From: an uncultured Selenomonadaceae bacterium
Lineage (GTDB): Bacteria > Bacillota > Negativicutes > Selenomonadales > Selenomonadaceae
NCBI GenBank assembly: GCA_905236665.1
Contig: CAJONF010000263.1
Coordinates: forward strand, 1-31,958
DNA length: 31,958 nucleotides
Direction of reading: 5' to 3'
The notes under the pieces are model-generated. The model was not told the origin of the DNA. It did not search any database and saw only the letters and a program-made list of their open reading frames with translations. The translations under genes were made by a program, and so were the position numbers. This document shows positions 1-6,807 of this stretch, in pieces (position 1 is the stretch's first letter; each line of letters begins with the position of its first letter).

Positions 1-66
1 CATGCCGCCTTGAAATATCGGATACTTGATTTTCAGCAACTTACAGATGGCGTTATTTTCAAACAT
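1..66 (-). CDS. fabK: 5' end of enoyl-ACP reductase II / nitronate-monooxygenase-family protein (runs off the window)
   Basis: Minus strand reads MFENNAICKLLKIKYPIFQGGM, a typical FabK N-terminus. A GGAGGAG Shine-Dalgarno lies upstream and the gene follows plsX. Confidence 0.75.
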   Translation of the reverse strand, partial: MFENNAICKLLKIKYPIFQGGM

Positions 67-124
67 CTAATTTCTCCTCCTCAACGGTTTACGCCGCTCG
101 GCTGTTTGCCTGTGATTAACCTAA

Positions 125-151
125 ATTATACGAATCTGCCGCATTTGTCAA
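125..151 (-). promoter_or_regulatory. Possible sigma70 promoter for fabK
   Basis: Perfect TTGACA (151-146) and TATAAT (130-125), but the spacer is only 15 nt. Confidence 0.4.
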
Positions 152-189
152 TGGTTTTAGTTTTGAGCTTATAGCTTATAAAAAAAATT

Positions 190-1179
190 TCAAAGCGCGT
201 TCTTTATACGATAAAAAACATTGCTGTTTACATAATCGCACGTGACGCCGATAGCCGAACAAATCTCCTTGGCATTTGATGAGCCGTGGCTTATCACACA
301 GCAACCGTTGACGCCCAAAAGCGGCGCACCGCCATTCTCGGAAACGTCCAGACGCTTTGACATATTCCTAAAAGTTTCGGCAATGAGTTTCCTGCCCAAA
401 AGTTTTGCGCCGCCGTTTGCAGTCAATTCTTCCGTCAACAGTTGCATTATCGTCAAGGCAAGCCCTTCACCAAATTTTAAAACGACATTGCCAACAAAGC
501 CGTCACAAACTACCACGTCAAATTTTCCGCGGGGAATATCGCGCCCTTCAGCATTGCCCGCAAAATTTATCGTCTGCAAAGTTTTTAACAGTTTATAAGT
601 TTCCTTGGCTTGCTCATTACCTTTAGTTTCTTCCTCGCCGATATTTAGCAGAGCGACGGAAGGATTTTTTATTTTCAAGACGTGCTCGGCATAAAGCGAA
701 CCCATTATCCCGCTTTGAATTAAATGTTCGGGTTTACTGTCGACATTCGCGCCGCTATCCAGTAAAAGAGTAATGCCGCGTGGCGTAGGAATTGGCGTAG
801 CTATAGCCGGTCTGCCAATGCCGTGAATTCTTTTCAAGATAAGTTGAGCCGCCGCAACCGCCGCACCTGTCGAACCAGCAGAAAGTACAGCGTCGCACTC
901 GCTGTCCTTAACCATTTTTGTCGCCACGACTATTGACGAATCTTTTTTATTACGCACGGCGTCGGCGGGATGTTCGCCCATTTCTATAACTTCGCTGGCA
1001 TGGCGAATCGTTATCGGGAAAATTTTTCCGCACGTTTCAGCCTCCAACTCTTCAGAAATTTTTTTCTCATCGCCGACCAAAATAATTTCGCACGGATATT
1101 TTTGAACAGCCAAAACCGCGCCTTTGATAATTTCCGCCGGAGCTTTGTCACCGCCCATGGCGTCGACTGCTATTTTCAC
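190..1179 (-). CDS. plsX: Phosphate acyltransferase PlsX
   Basis: MKIAVDAMGGD start, GRPAI, LLDSGAN, VVCDGFVGN and GAPLLGVNG motifs. GTG start with GGAGG SD. Confidence 0.97.
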   Translation of the reverse strand: MKIAVDAMGGDKAPAEIIKGAVLAVQKYPCEIILVGDEKKISEELEAETCGKIFPITIRHASEVIEMGEHPADAVRNKKDSSIVVATKMVKDSECDAVLSAGSTGAAVAAAQLILKRIHGIGRPAIATPIPTPRGITLLLDSGANVDSKPEHLIQSGIMGSLYAEHVLKIKNPSVALLNIGEEETKGNEQAKETYKLLKTLQTINFAGNAEGRDIPRGKFDVVVCDGFVGNVVLKFGEGLALTIMQLLTEELTANGGAKLLGRKLIAETFRNMSKRLDVSENGGAPLLGVNGCCVISHGSSNAKEICSAIGVTCDYVNSNVFYRIKNAL

Positions 1180-1204
1180 GTGTCCTGCTCCTCCAAAAGT
1201 TTAT

Positions 1205-1233
1205 GTTATAAAAGAAAATAAGCAGGTTTTCAA
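1205..1233 (-). promoter_or_regulatory. Sigma70 promoter for plsX
   Basis: TTGAAA (1233-1228), 17-nt spacer, TATAAC (1210-1205). Confidence 0.55.
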
Positions 1234-1290
1234 TGCCTGCCCAAATTGTTTCCGTATCATCAAGCCGTTTCATTGACACTGCCCCCTACA

Positions 1291-1423
1291 TGAGGGCTTC
1301 TGATTCCTGAGTGAACTACTCCCGCTTATAAGGAGCTTCCTGAATCAACGAGGTTGCGCTTATGCGTCTTATTTCCTCTCATACAGGCTTTACTTTCCGC
1401 AGTCCCTGCGGTAGAGTCGAAAC
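1291..1423 (-). ncRNA. TnpB-type omegaRNA (reRNA) scaffold with putative guide
   Basis: ACCGCAGGGACTGCGGAAAGTAAAGCCTGT translates as TAGTAESKAC, resembling a TnpB C-terminal tail that overlaps the omegaRNA. It continues to GAAGCTCC..GGGAGTAGTTCAC. The putative guide is TCAGGAATCAGAAGCCCTCA (1310-1291). Confidence 0.6.
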
Positions 1424-1429
1424 ATTTTC

Positions 1430-1457
1430 GTTATATCCGAGATGAAAGAACTGTCAA
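1430..1457 (-). promoter_or_regulatory. Element-internal sigma70 promoter pointing into the omegaRNA and toward plsX
   Basis: TTGACA (1457-1452), 16-nt spacer, TATAAC (1435-1430). Confidence 0.55.
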
Positions 1458-1546
1458 GCTCGATTCATCTCGCCGCCTATAAAGGCTGGGAATTTTCGCG
1501 CAAGGTGGTTAAAACGGCTTGATAGACCACCAATCAAAAACATATT

Positions 1547-1723
1547 TTATGCTGTTTCAATAACTTCGCGCCCGTCATAGTAACCGCATTCCAGGCATAC
1601 ATGATGTGGGAGTTTAGGTTCATGGCATCTCGGACATTTTACGTAGTTCGGAGCTTCTAACTTCCAATTTGCACGCCGCCTGTCGCGTCTGCTTTTGCTC
1701 AATTTCCTTTTAGGTGCCGCCAA
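1547..1723 (-). CDS. rpmF: 50S ribosomal protein L32, Zn-ribbon form (58 aa; not in the ORF track)
   Basis: TTG start with AAGGAGGT SD. MAAPKRKLSKSRRDRRRANWKLEAPNYVKCPRCHEPKLPHHVCLECGYYDGREVIETA. Confidence 0.97.
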   Translation of the reverse strand: MAAPKRKLSKSRRDRRRANWKLEAPNYVKCPRCHEPKLPHHVCLECGYYDGREVIETA

Positions 1724-1736
1724 CGCTTACACCTCC

Positions 1737-2189
1737 TTAAACTATTTTAAAATTTTCTAATGCTGAAAGTCGTGGGTCGACAATAAATTTATCGCAACCG
1801 CACTCGCCGTCATTCAAATTCGCACCGCATTTGGGACACAACCCTTTACAGTCCGCCTTGCAAAGATTTTTCATCGGCTGCCCAGCAAGAAGTATATCCC
1901 GCAAAAGTTCAGTAATATCAATTACATCGTCAACTGCCGCCGACTTTTCAAATTCTTCCTCGAATTCGTGCACTTGATTTTCAGAAGCCGGAGCAAGACA
2001 TCTGTCACAGATAAAAGACTTTTTACACTCTATCTGCCCGCGAACGACGTAACAACCTTCCGCGTCTTCAACCTCGCCGAAAACTTTTATATCAGTGAAT
2101 TCGTCTAGAGATTCGCCAAAAAGATTTTCCGCCGTCGCACTGAACTCAAAGGGAGCAATTCCGCCCCTTGCCGTTTGCACTTTCGGCAT
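1737..2189 (-). CDS. yceD: YceD / DUF177 family protein
   Basis: CDRCL and C-terminal CKADCKGLCPKCGANLNDGECGC..DPRLSAL motifs, directly upstream of rpmF. Start is ATG 2189 or GTG 2180. Confidence 0.9.
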   Translation of the reverse strand: MPKVQTARGGIAPFEFSATAENLFGESLDEFTDIKVFGEVEDAEGCYVVRGQIECKKSFICDRCLAPASENQVHEFEEEFEKSAAVDDVIDITELLRDILLAGQPMKNLCKADCKGLCPKCGANLNDGECGCDKFIVDPRLSALENFKIV

Positions 2190-2216
2190 TTTACAACACC
2201 GCCTTTCCCGTGTCAA
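2188..2216 (-). promoter_or_regulatory. Proximal promoter (P2) for yceD-rpmF
   Basis: TTGACA (2216-2211), 17-nt spacer, TAAAAT (2193-2188). Confidence 0.55.
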
Positions 2217-2245
2217 GGCAACTATTTGGGATTTAGAATCTGGAA

Positions 2246-2274
2246 ATTTTACAAAAAAATTTTTTCTGCGTCAA
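2246..2274 (-). promoter_or_regulatory. Distal promoter (P1) for yceD-rpmF
   Basis: TTGACG (2274-2269), 17-nt spacer, TAAAAT (2251-2246). Confidence 0.55.
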
Positions 2275-2326
2275 GATAAGTAGTCGCGTCTAAGGTCTTT
2301 CTAAGAAAAATTTTAATCCTTCCCTA

Positions 2327-2355
2327 ATGACAAGCGCAAAAAAAGTTTGTAGAAT
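2327..2355 (+). promoter_or_regulatory. Promoter for the small-protein cluster
   Basis: ATGACA (2327-2332), 17-nt spacer, TAGAAT (2350-2355). Confidence 0.5.
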
Positions 2356-2385
2356 TAATGCAACAAGTACAAGGGAGGGATTCGT

Positions 2386-2484
2386 ATGTTGCTTATAATG
2401 GCATTAATCGGAATCGCCCTTGACGTTCCAAAGGAAATAGTCGGAGGCTTGCTGGCACTTTTCTTGATAAAGGAGTTTGCTTGA
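2386..2484 (+). CDS. 32-aa hydrophobic small protein (not in the ORF track)
   Basis: AAGGGAGGGA SD 5 nt before ATG. MLLIMALIGIALDVPKEIVGGLLALFLIKEFA*. Confidence 0.6.
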   Translation: MLLIMALIGIALDVPKEIVGGLLALFLIKEFA

Positions 2485-2511
2485 AAATTTTTGAGTAAGG
2501 AAGTGATAAAG

Positions 2512-2841
2512 ATGAAAAAATTTTTGAGCGGCTTAACTGCTCTGGCAATTTGCGGCGCGTTAAATTTTGGGCTGACAACCGACGCGCAGGCAGCTGAATT
2601 GAATTCTGCAATTATAAATGCAACAGAGTATCAAAAACTCGCATCTCCCCATAAACCGCCACCACCACCGCCACGCTATGGACATGATAGACATCGCGAT
2701 TATCCACCGCCACCGCCGCCTCCGCCGCGCTATCGTGACGATCATCGCAGAAAACCACCACCGCCGCCACCGCCGCCACCACCTAGACCGAAAATTTATC
2801 GCGACGGTGAACAACCCCCGCCACCTCCACACAGACGGTAA
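2512..2841 (+). CDS. Secreted poly-proline, Arg/His-rich protein (109 aa)
   Basis: MKKFLSG..AQA-A signal peptide, then four Pro5-9 runs separated by R/D/H/Y-rich spacers. SD-like AAGGAAGTGA upstream. Confidence 0.8.
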   Translation: MKKFLSGLTALAICGALNFGLTTDAQAAELNSAIINATEYQKLASPHKPPPPPPRYGHDRHRDYPPPPPPPPRYRDDHRRKPPPPPPPPPPRPKIYRDGEQPPPPPHRR

Positions 2842-2862
2842 ATATCTTTAAGACAACAGCGT

Positions 2863-2902
2863 AAATGGAAAGTCAGCCCGCGCTTGCTTTCCATTTTGTT
2901 TT
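2863..2902 (+). terminator. Probable intrinsic terminator
   Basis: AAATGGAAAG (2863-2872) / CTTTCCATTT (2887-2896), followed by a T-rich tract. Confidence 0.5.
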
Positions 2903-2942
2903 GAAAAATTTTTGCAAATAATTTGCTAAGGAATGAACTCTC

Positions 2943-3254
2943 ATGAGAAGGTTAGCGAAAAATTTAATATTGGCGACGTCAGTTGTCAGCGCAATATTTA
3001 TCGTTGACCTCTCGTGCGCCGGAGCTGCAAGTCTCCCTTATGAACAAACTTACCACGTAGAAAAATTTCGTTCGCTGAATACGAGCGATAGACAATATTT
3101 AGACTTTTGGTCGAAATTCCGTGATACGGTTATGCCAGACCCCGACGAGCCTCAAAATAATAATCCGCCTAAAGAAATGGAAAAACCTAAACCGGCTGAA
3201 AAACCTAAACCGGCTACGCCGCCACGCGAAGTTAAACCTAACCCTGTTGAATAA
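2943..3254 (+). CDS. Secreted protein with a Pro/Lys/Glu-rich tail (103 aa)
   Basis: N-terminal basic-hydrophobic signal peptide. Tandem EKPKPA repeats (DNA GAAAAACCTAAACCGGCT x2). Confidence 0.7.
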   Translation: MRRLAKNLILATSVVSAIFIVDLSCAGAASLPYEQTYHVEKFRSLNTSDRQYLDFWSKFRDTVMPDPDEPQNNNPPKEMEKPKPAEKPKPATPPREVKPNPVE

Positions 3255-3272
3255 AATCTGTTGACATAAAAG

Positions 3273-3302
3273 ACACTCTCGCTTGAGGGTGTAATTTTTT
3301 TT
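3273..3302 (+). terminator. Intrinsic terminator
   Basis: ACACTCTC-gctt-GAGGGTGT stem followed by AA and a T run. Confidence 0.55.
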
Positions 3303-3378
3303 AGCAGATGTAGCGGCAGGGTTTTTAATAACTTTGGCAAATTATCTTTCTGCAAAATTTAAAGAATGAGGAAAACTT

Positions 3379-4383
3379 ATGGAAAAAATTTTAACGCTTG
3401 GAATTGAAACTAGCTGTGATGAGACGGCAGCGGCAGTACTGCGCGGGGGGCGTGAATTGCTGTCAAATGTCATCTCTACGCAAATTCCCCTGCATCAAAA
3501 ATTCGGCGGCGTCGTGCCGGAAATAGCTTCGCGAAAACATATCGTGAACATTATGCCGGTTATTGATGAGGCAATCAGCAAAGCGGGCGTTGATCTGCGC
3601 GAAATAAATCAAATCGCCGTGACATTCGGGCCCGGATTGGCGGGAGCATTGCTTGTCGGATTATCGGCGGCGAAGTCTCTAGCTTACGCGCTGAAAATTC
3701 CGCTAGTTGCCGTGAATCATTTGGAAGGGCATATCTTCGCGAATTTCATTAGCGCACCCGAATTGGAGCCGCCGTTTTTATCACTTGTAGTTTCTGGTGG
3801 ACACACCGCGCTAATTAAAATGACGGGCTATAATAAATTTGAACTGCTTGGACAATCACGCGACGACGCGGCTGGCGAAGCCTTCGATAAAATTGCGCGT
3901 GTTATGGGCTTGCCGTATCCTGGTGGACCCGAAATTGACAAGCTAGCAAAACTCGGCAACCCCAACGCCATAACTTTTCCGCACCCGAAAGTTACCGGCT
4001 ATGATTTTAGTTTCAGCGGCTTAAAATCTGCCGTGTTGAATTTTTTAAATACCGCGCAGATGAAAGGCGAATCGATTAATTCTGCGGACGTGGCGGCAAG
4101 TTTTCAAAAGACGGTAGTCGATACGCTGGCAGAAAAAACTTTATCGGCGGCAGAAGAATTTAAACTTGATAAAATTGTTTTGGCGGGAGGAGTTGCGGCA
4201 AATTCTTCATTGGAAAAAACTTTGCGCACAGCTTGTCAACGGCGCGGCTTGGAATTTTTTTACCCGTCAAAAATTCTATGCACGGATAACGCCGCAATGA
4301 TTGCTTGCCGCGGTTATTATCAGTCGTTGGAAAAAATTTTCGCTGATTCGACGCTAAACGCCGTGCCAAATTTAGGGCTTTAA
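3379..4383 (+). CDS. tsaD: tRNA N6-adenosine threonylcarbamoyltransferase TsaD
   Basis: [47 protein letters not shown] and CTDNAAMI motifs. Confidence 0.97.
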   Translation: MEKILTLGIETSCDETAAAVLRGGRELLSNVISTQIPLHQKFGGVVPEIASRKHIVNIMPVIDEAISKAGVDLREINQIAVTFGPGLAGALLVGLSAAKSLAYALKIPLVAVNHLEGHIFANFISAPELEPPFLSLVVSGGHTALIKMTGYNKFELLGQSRDDAAGEAFDKIARVMGLPYPGGPEIDKLAKLGNPNAITFPHPKVTGYDFSFSGLKSAVLNFLNTAQMKGESINSADVAASFQKTVVDTLAEKTLSAAEEFKLDKIVLAGGVAANSSLEKTLRTACQRRGLEFFYPSKILCTDNAAMIACRGYYQSLEKIFADSTLNAVPNLGL

Positions 4384-4395
4384 GGAGGATTTATC

Positions 4396-5529
4396 ATGAA
4401 AAAATTTCTTTCAACGCTAGTAATTTTTGTCTTTGCCGTGTCGTTTTTTTCTGTAGTGCACGCAATGGATTATCAACTTGAACAAGTCGTCGTAATAAGC
4501 CGACATAACCTGCGCAATTCACTAAAGGCGGGCGACGACCGCGGGCTTTTGACATTGCGCGGCGGCGAAATGGAAACGCTTATGGGACAATATTTCGAGG
4601 CGCGGTTAAGGGAGCAAGGACTTTTCCCGAAAAACGCGCAACCTAATGTCGGAGAGGTTCGTTTCTACGCGAATTCTTATCAGCGGACAATCGCCACGGC
4701 AAAATATTTCTCGGCGGGTGCATTTCCAGTCGCGAACATTCCGATTGAATATCATCGTGCCTTGGGACAAAAGGATAGAATTTTTCTGCCACCGACCGAT
4801 CCTGCGCTTATAACAAAACTTTTAACCGAAGGCAACGCTAAAAAATTATTCGCCGATATGCAAAAGGAATTCGCAACCGTTGAACGTCTCACGGGTGAAA
4901 AATTTAATCCTGCCGACAGTTCAATGAAAATCCGCACTGAAGCCGTTGAGTGGGAACTTAAAGGCTCGGCGAAAAAACTTAGTCTTGCCGCTGATGCCTT
5001 GCTCATGGATTATTACGATGAAAAAGTTTCTTACAGCGATTCTGAAATGCGCGATGTGGCGAAAATTTCTTCGTTGCTGATTAACACAAACTTTGATCGC
5101 CCGCTCGGCGCAAAAGTTTTTGCAAGCCCGATGCTCGCTGTCATTTCCGACGAACTCAACACGCCCGGTCGCAAGTTCAGTTTCATTTGCGGGCATGATT
5201 CCAATCTTTCCAACGTGTTGACGGCTATTGGCGTGGAAGATTACAATTTGCCAGGCACGATTGAATGGCGCGTTCCGATTGCTTCAAAGATTGTTATCAA
5301 AAAGTTTCGCGGTTCCGACGGCAACGAATACGCCCGCTTTAGTCTTGTCTATCCAGCCACCGCGCAGATTGTTAATCGCGAAATGTTGACTCTTGACAAT
5401 CCGCCAATGAAAGTTCCGTTGAAATTACGCGGACTGCAAATGGTTGACGCGGACGCTATTTATAAACTCTCGGACGTTTTACAAAGACTTTCTGACGCGC
5501 AGATTGTTGACGGTAGACGTGTTGCTTGA
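4396..5529 (+). CDS. Secreted histidine acid phosphatase (Agp / glucose-1-phosphatase / phytase-like)
   Basis: Signal peptide, RHNLR catalytic motif, ANSYQRTIATA and GHDSN motifs as in Agp. Confidence 0.85.
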   Translation: MKKFLSTLVIFVFAVSFFSVVHAMDYQLEQVVVISRHNLRNSLKAGDDRGLLTLRGGEMETLMGQYFEARLREQGLFPKNAQPNVGEVRFYANSYQRTIATAKYFSAGAFPVANIPIEYHRALGQKDRIFLPPTDPALITKLLTEGNAKKLFADMQKEFATVERLTGEKFNPADSSMKIRTEAVEWELKGSAKKLSLAADALLMDYYDEKVSYSDSEMRDVAKISSLLINTNFDRPLGAKVFASPMLAVISDELNTPGRKFSFICGHDSNLSNVLTAIGVEDYNLPGTIEWRVPIASKIVIKKFRGSDGNEYARFSLVYPATAQIVNREMLTLDNPPMKVPLKLRGLQMVDADAIYKLSDVLQRLSDAQIVDGRRVA

Positions 5530-5544
5530 TAAAAAGGAGAAATT

Positions 5545-5979
5545 ATGGAACTTAAAAATCTTGGAAAAATTACTGAATACAAATACGATTACGCGCCCGA
5601 ATTTTTGGAGGCGATTGAAAATAAAAATGTCGGCAGAAATTATTTCGTGACGCTGACCAGCGATGAATTTACTTGCCTTTGCCCGATAACTCATCAGCCC
5701 GATTACGCTACGATTAAAATCCGCTATATTCCCGACGCAAAACTTGTTGAGAGCAAGAGTTTAAAAATTTATCTGACGAGTTTTCGCAACCACGGAACTT
5801 TTCATGAAGACGTTATAAATAAGATCGCCGACGACCTGATTAAACTTTTGGAACCGCGCTATTTGGAAATCGAAGGATTGTTTAGTGTTCGCGGCGGAAT
5901 TTCTATCGTGCCGTTTGTAAATTATGGGCGCGGAGAATTTGAGGAAGTAGCTAAAAAAATTTTGTTGGAGAGACGATGA
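5545..5979 (+). CDS. queF: NADPH-dependent preQ0 reductase, short unimodular type
   Basis: [25 protein letters not shown] and FHED motifs. Confidence 0.95.
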   Translation: MELKNLGKITEYKYDYAPEFLEAIENKNVGRNYFVTLTSDEFTCLCPITHQPDYATIKIRYIPDAKLVESKSLKIYLTSFRNHGTFHEDVINKIADDLIKLLEPRYLEIEGLFSVRGGISIVPFVNYGRGEFEEVAKKILLERR

Positions 5980-6797
5980 TTAAACAAAAAAAAATCGCGC
6001 TGATTAACGACGTGACTGGATTTGGACGTTGTTCAGTAACGGTTGAATTGCCGATAATTTCCGCGCTGAAAATTCAAGTTTGCCCGTTGCCGACCGCGCT
6101 TTTGTCCGTGCACACGGGCGTTAAAAATTATTTCATGGACGATTTTACTGACCGCATGGAAAATTACGTTGACAGCTGGCAGAAAAATAATCTGACGTTT
6201 GACGCCATTGCCACCGGATTTTTAGGCTCCGCCGCGCAGATTGAAATTGTTCGCCGCGCCATAAAAAAATTTCCCGCCGTCGTGATAATTGATCCCGTCA
6301 TGGGCGACCACGGAAAAATTTATAAATCTTATACGCGGGAGATGTGCCGACGTATGCGCGACCTGTTGGAATTCGCCGACCTTATCACGCCGAATTTAAC
6401 GGAGGCTTGCGAACTTTTAAACATTCCCTATCGCGGCGTTGTCTCTGATTCGGAACTGACAACCATGGCGGCGAACATTGCGGCTAAAGCTCGCGGCGGG
6501 CGCGTGGTGATAACGGGCGTGACGCTAGACATTGACGACGGCTCGAACATCACCAATTTTATTTTTGATCGCGGACAAATTAATTTCGTGACTTCAAAAA
6601 AACTCGGCAGTGATCGTTCAGGCACGGGCGACGTATTTTTTGCTGTAGTGGCGGCGTCTTGGCTTAACGGTGAAAATTTAGTTGAGGCGACGCGCAAGGC
6701 GGCAGATTTCGTTGCAAAGTGCATTGTTCACGCCGAAAAATTAAATCTGCCCTGGAATTGGGGCTTGCCATTTGAAGAATTTTTGACCGAACTCTAG
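5976..6797 (+). CDS. pdxK: Pyridoxal/pyridoxamine kinase (PfkB superfamily)
   Basis: [28 protein letters not shown] and GTGDVF motifs. Confidence 0.88.
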   Translation: MIKQKKIALINDVTGFGRCSVTVELPIISALKIQVCPLPTALLSVHTGVKNYFMDDFTDRMENYVDSWQKNNLTFDAIATGFLGSAAQIEIVRRAIKKFPAVVIIDPVMGDHGKIYKSYTREMCRRMRDLLEFADLITPNLTEACELLNIPYRGVVSDSELTTMAANIAAKARGGRVVITGVTLDIDDGSNITNFIFDRGQINFVTSKKLGSDRSGTGDVFFAVVAASWLNGENLVEATRKAADFVAKCIVHAEKLNLPWNWGLPFEEFLTEL

Positions 6798-6807
6798 AAG
6801 AGGTTCA

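Larger units (their letters stand above)
1273..1508 (-). mobile_element. Non-autonomous IS200/IS605-family mini-element (no tnpA or tnpB)
   Basis: On the minus strand it starts right after TTTAA, the IS605-type target. A left-end-like hairpin preceded by AAAAT follows. It ends with two right-end-like hairpins (..GGGAGTAGTTCAC at 1311 and ..GGGGGCAGTGTCAA at 1273). There is no target-site duplication, and the empty site rebuilds a perfect hairpin. Confidence 0.8.
1259..1523 (-). terminator. Ancestral rpmF hairpin (probable terminator) split by an insertion
   Basis: 12-bp perfect inverted repeat ATCAAGCCGTTT (1259-1270) / AAACGGCTTGAT (1512-1523). Removing 1273-1508 leaves a 12-bp stem with a 5-nt loop just downstream of rpmF. 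Confidence 0.7.

Noticed and set aside
1273-1508. IscB/HEARO-type omegaRNA or a classical TIR-MITE
   Set aside because: The ends and the TAGTAESKAC tail fit the TnpB/IS605 type. The flanking 12-bp inverted repeat is better explained as the split host terminator, since there is no target duplication.
2560-2832. Trp/Arg-rich antisense ORF (WRRWRRWW)
   Set aside because: It follows directly from the reverse complement of the poly-Pro codons (CCA/CCG), with no independent start signals.
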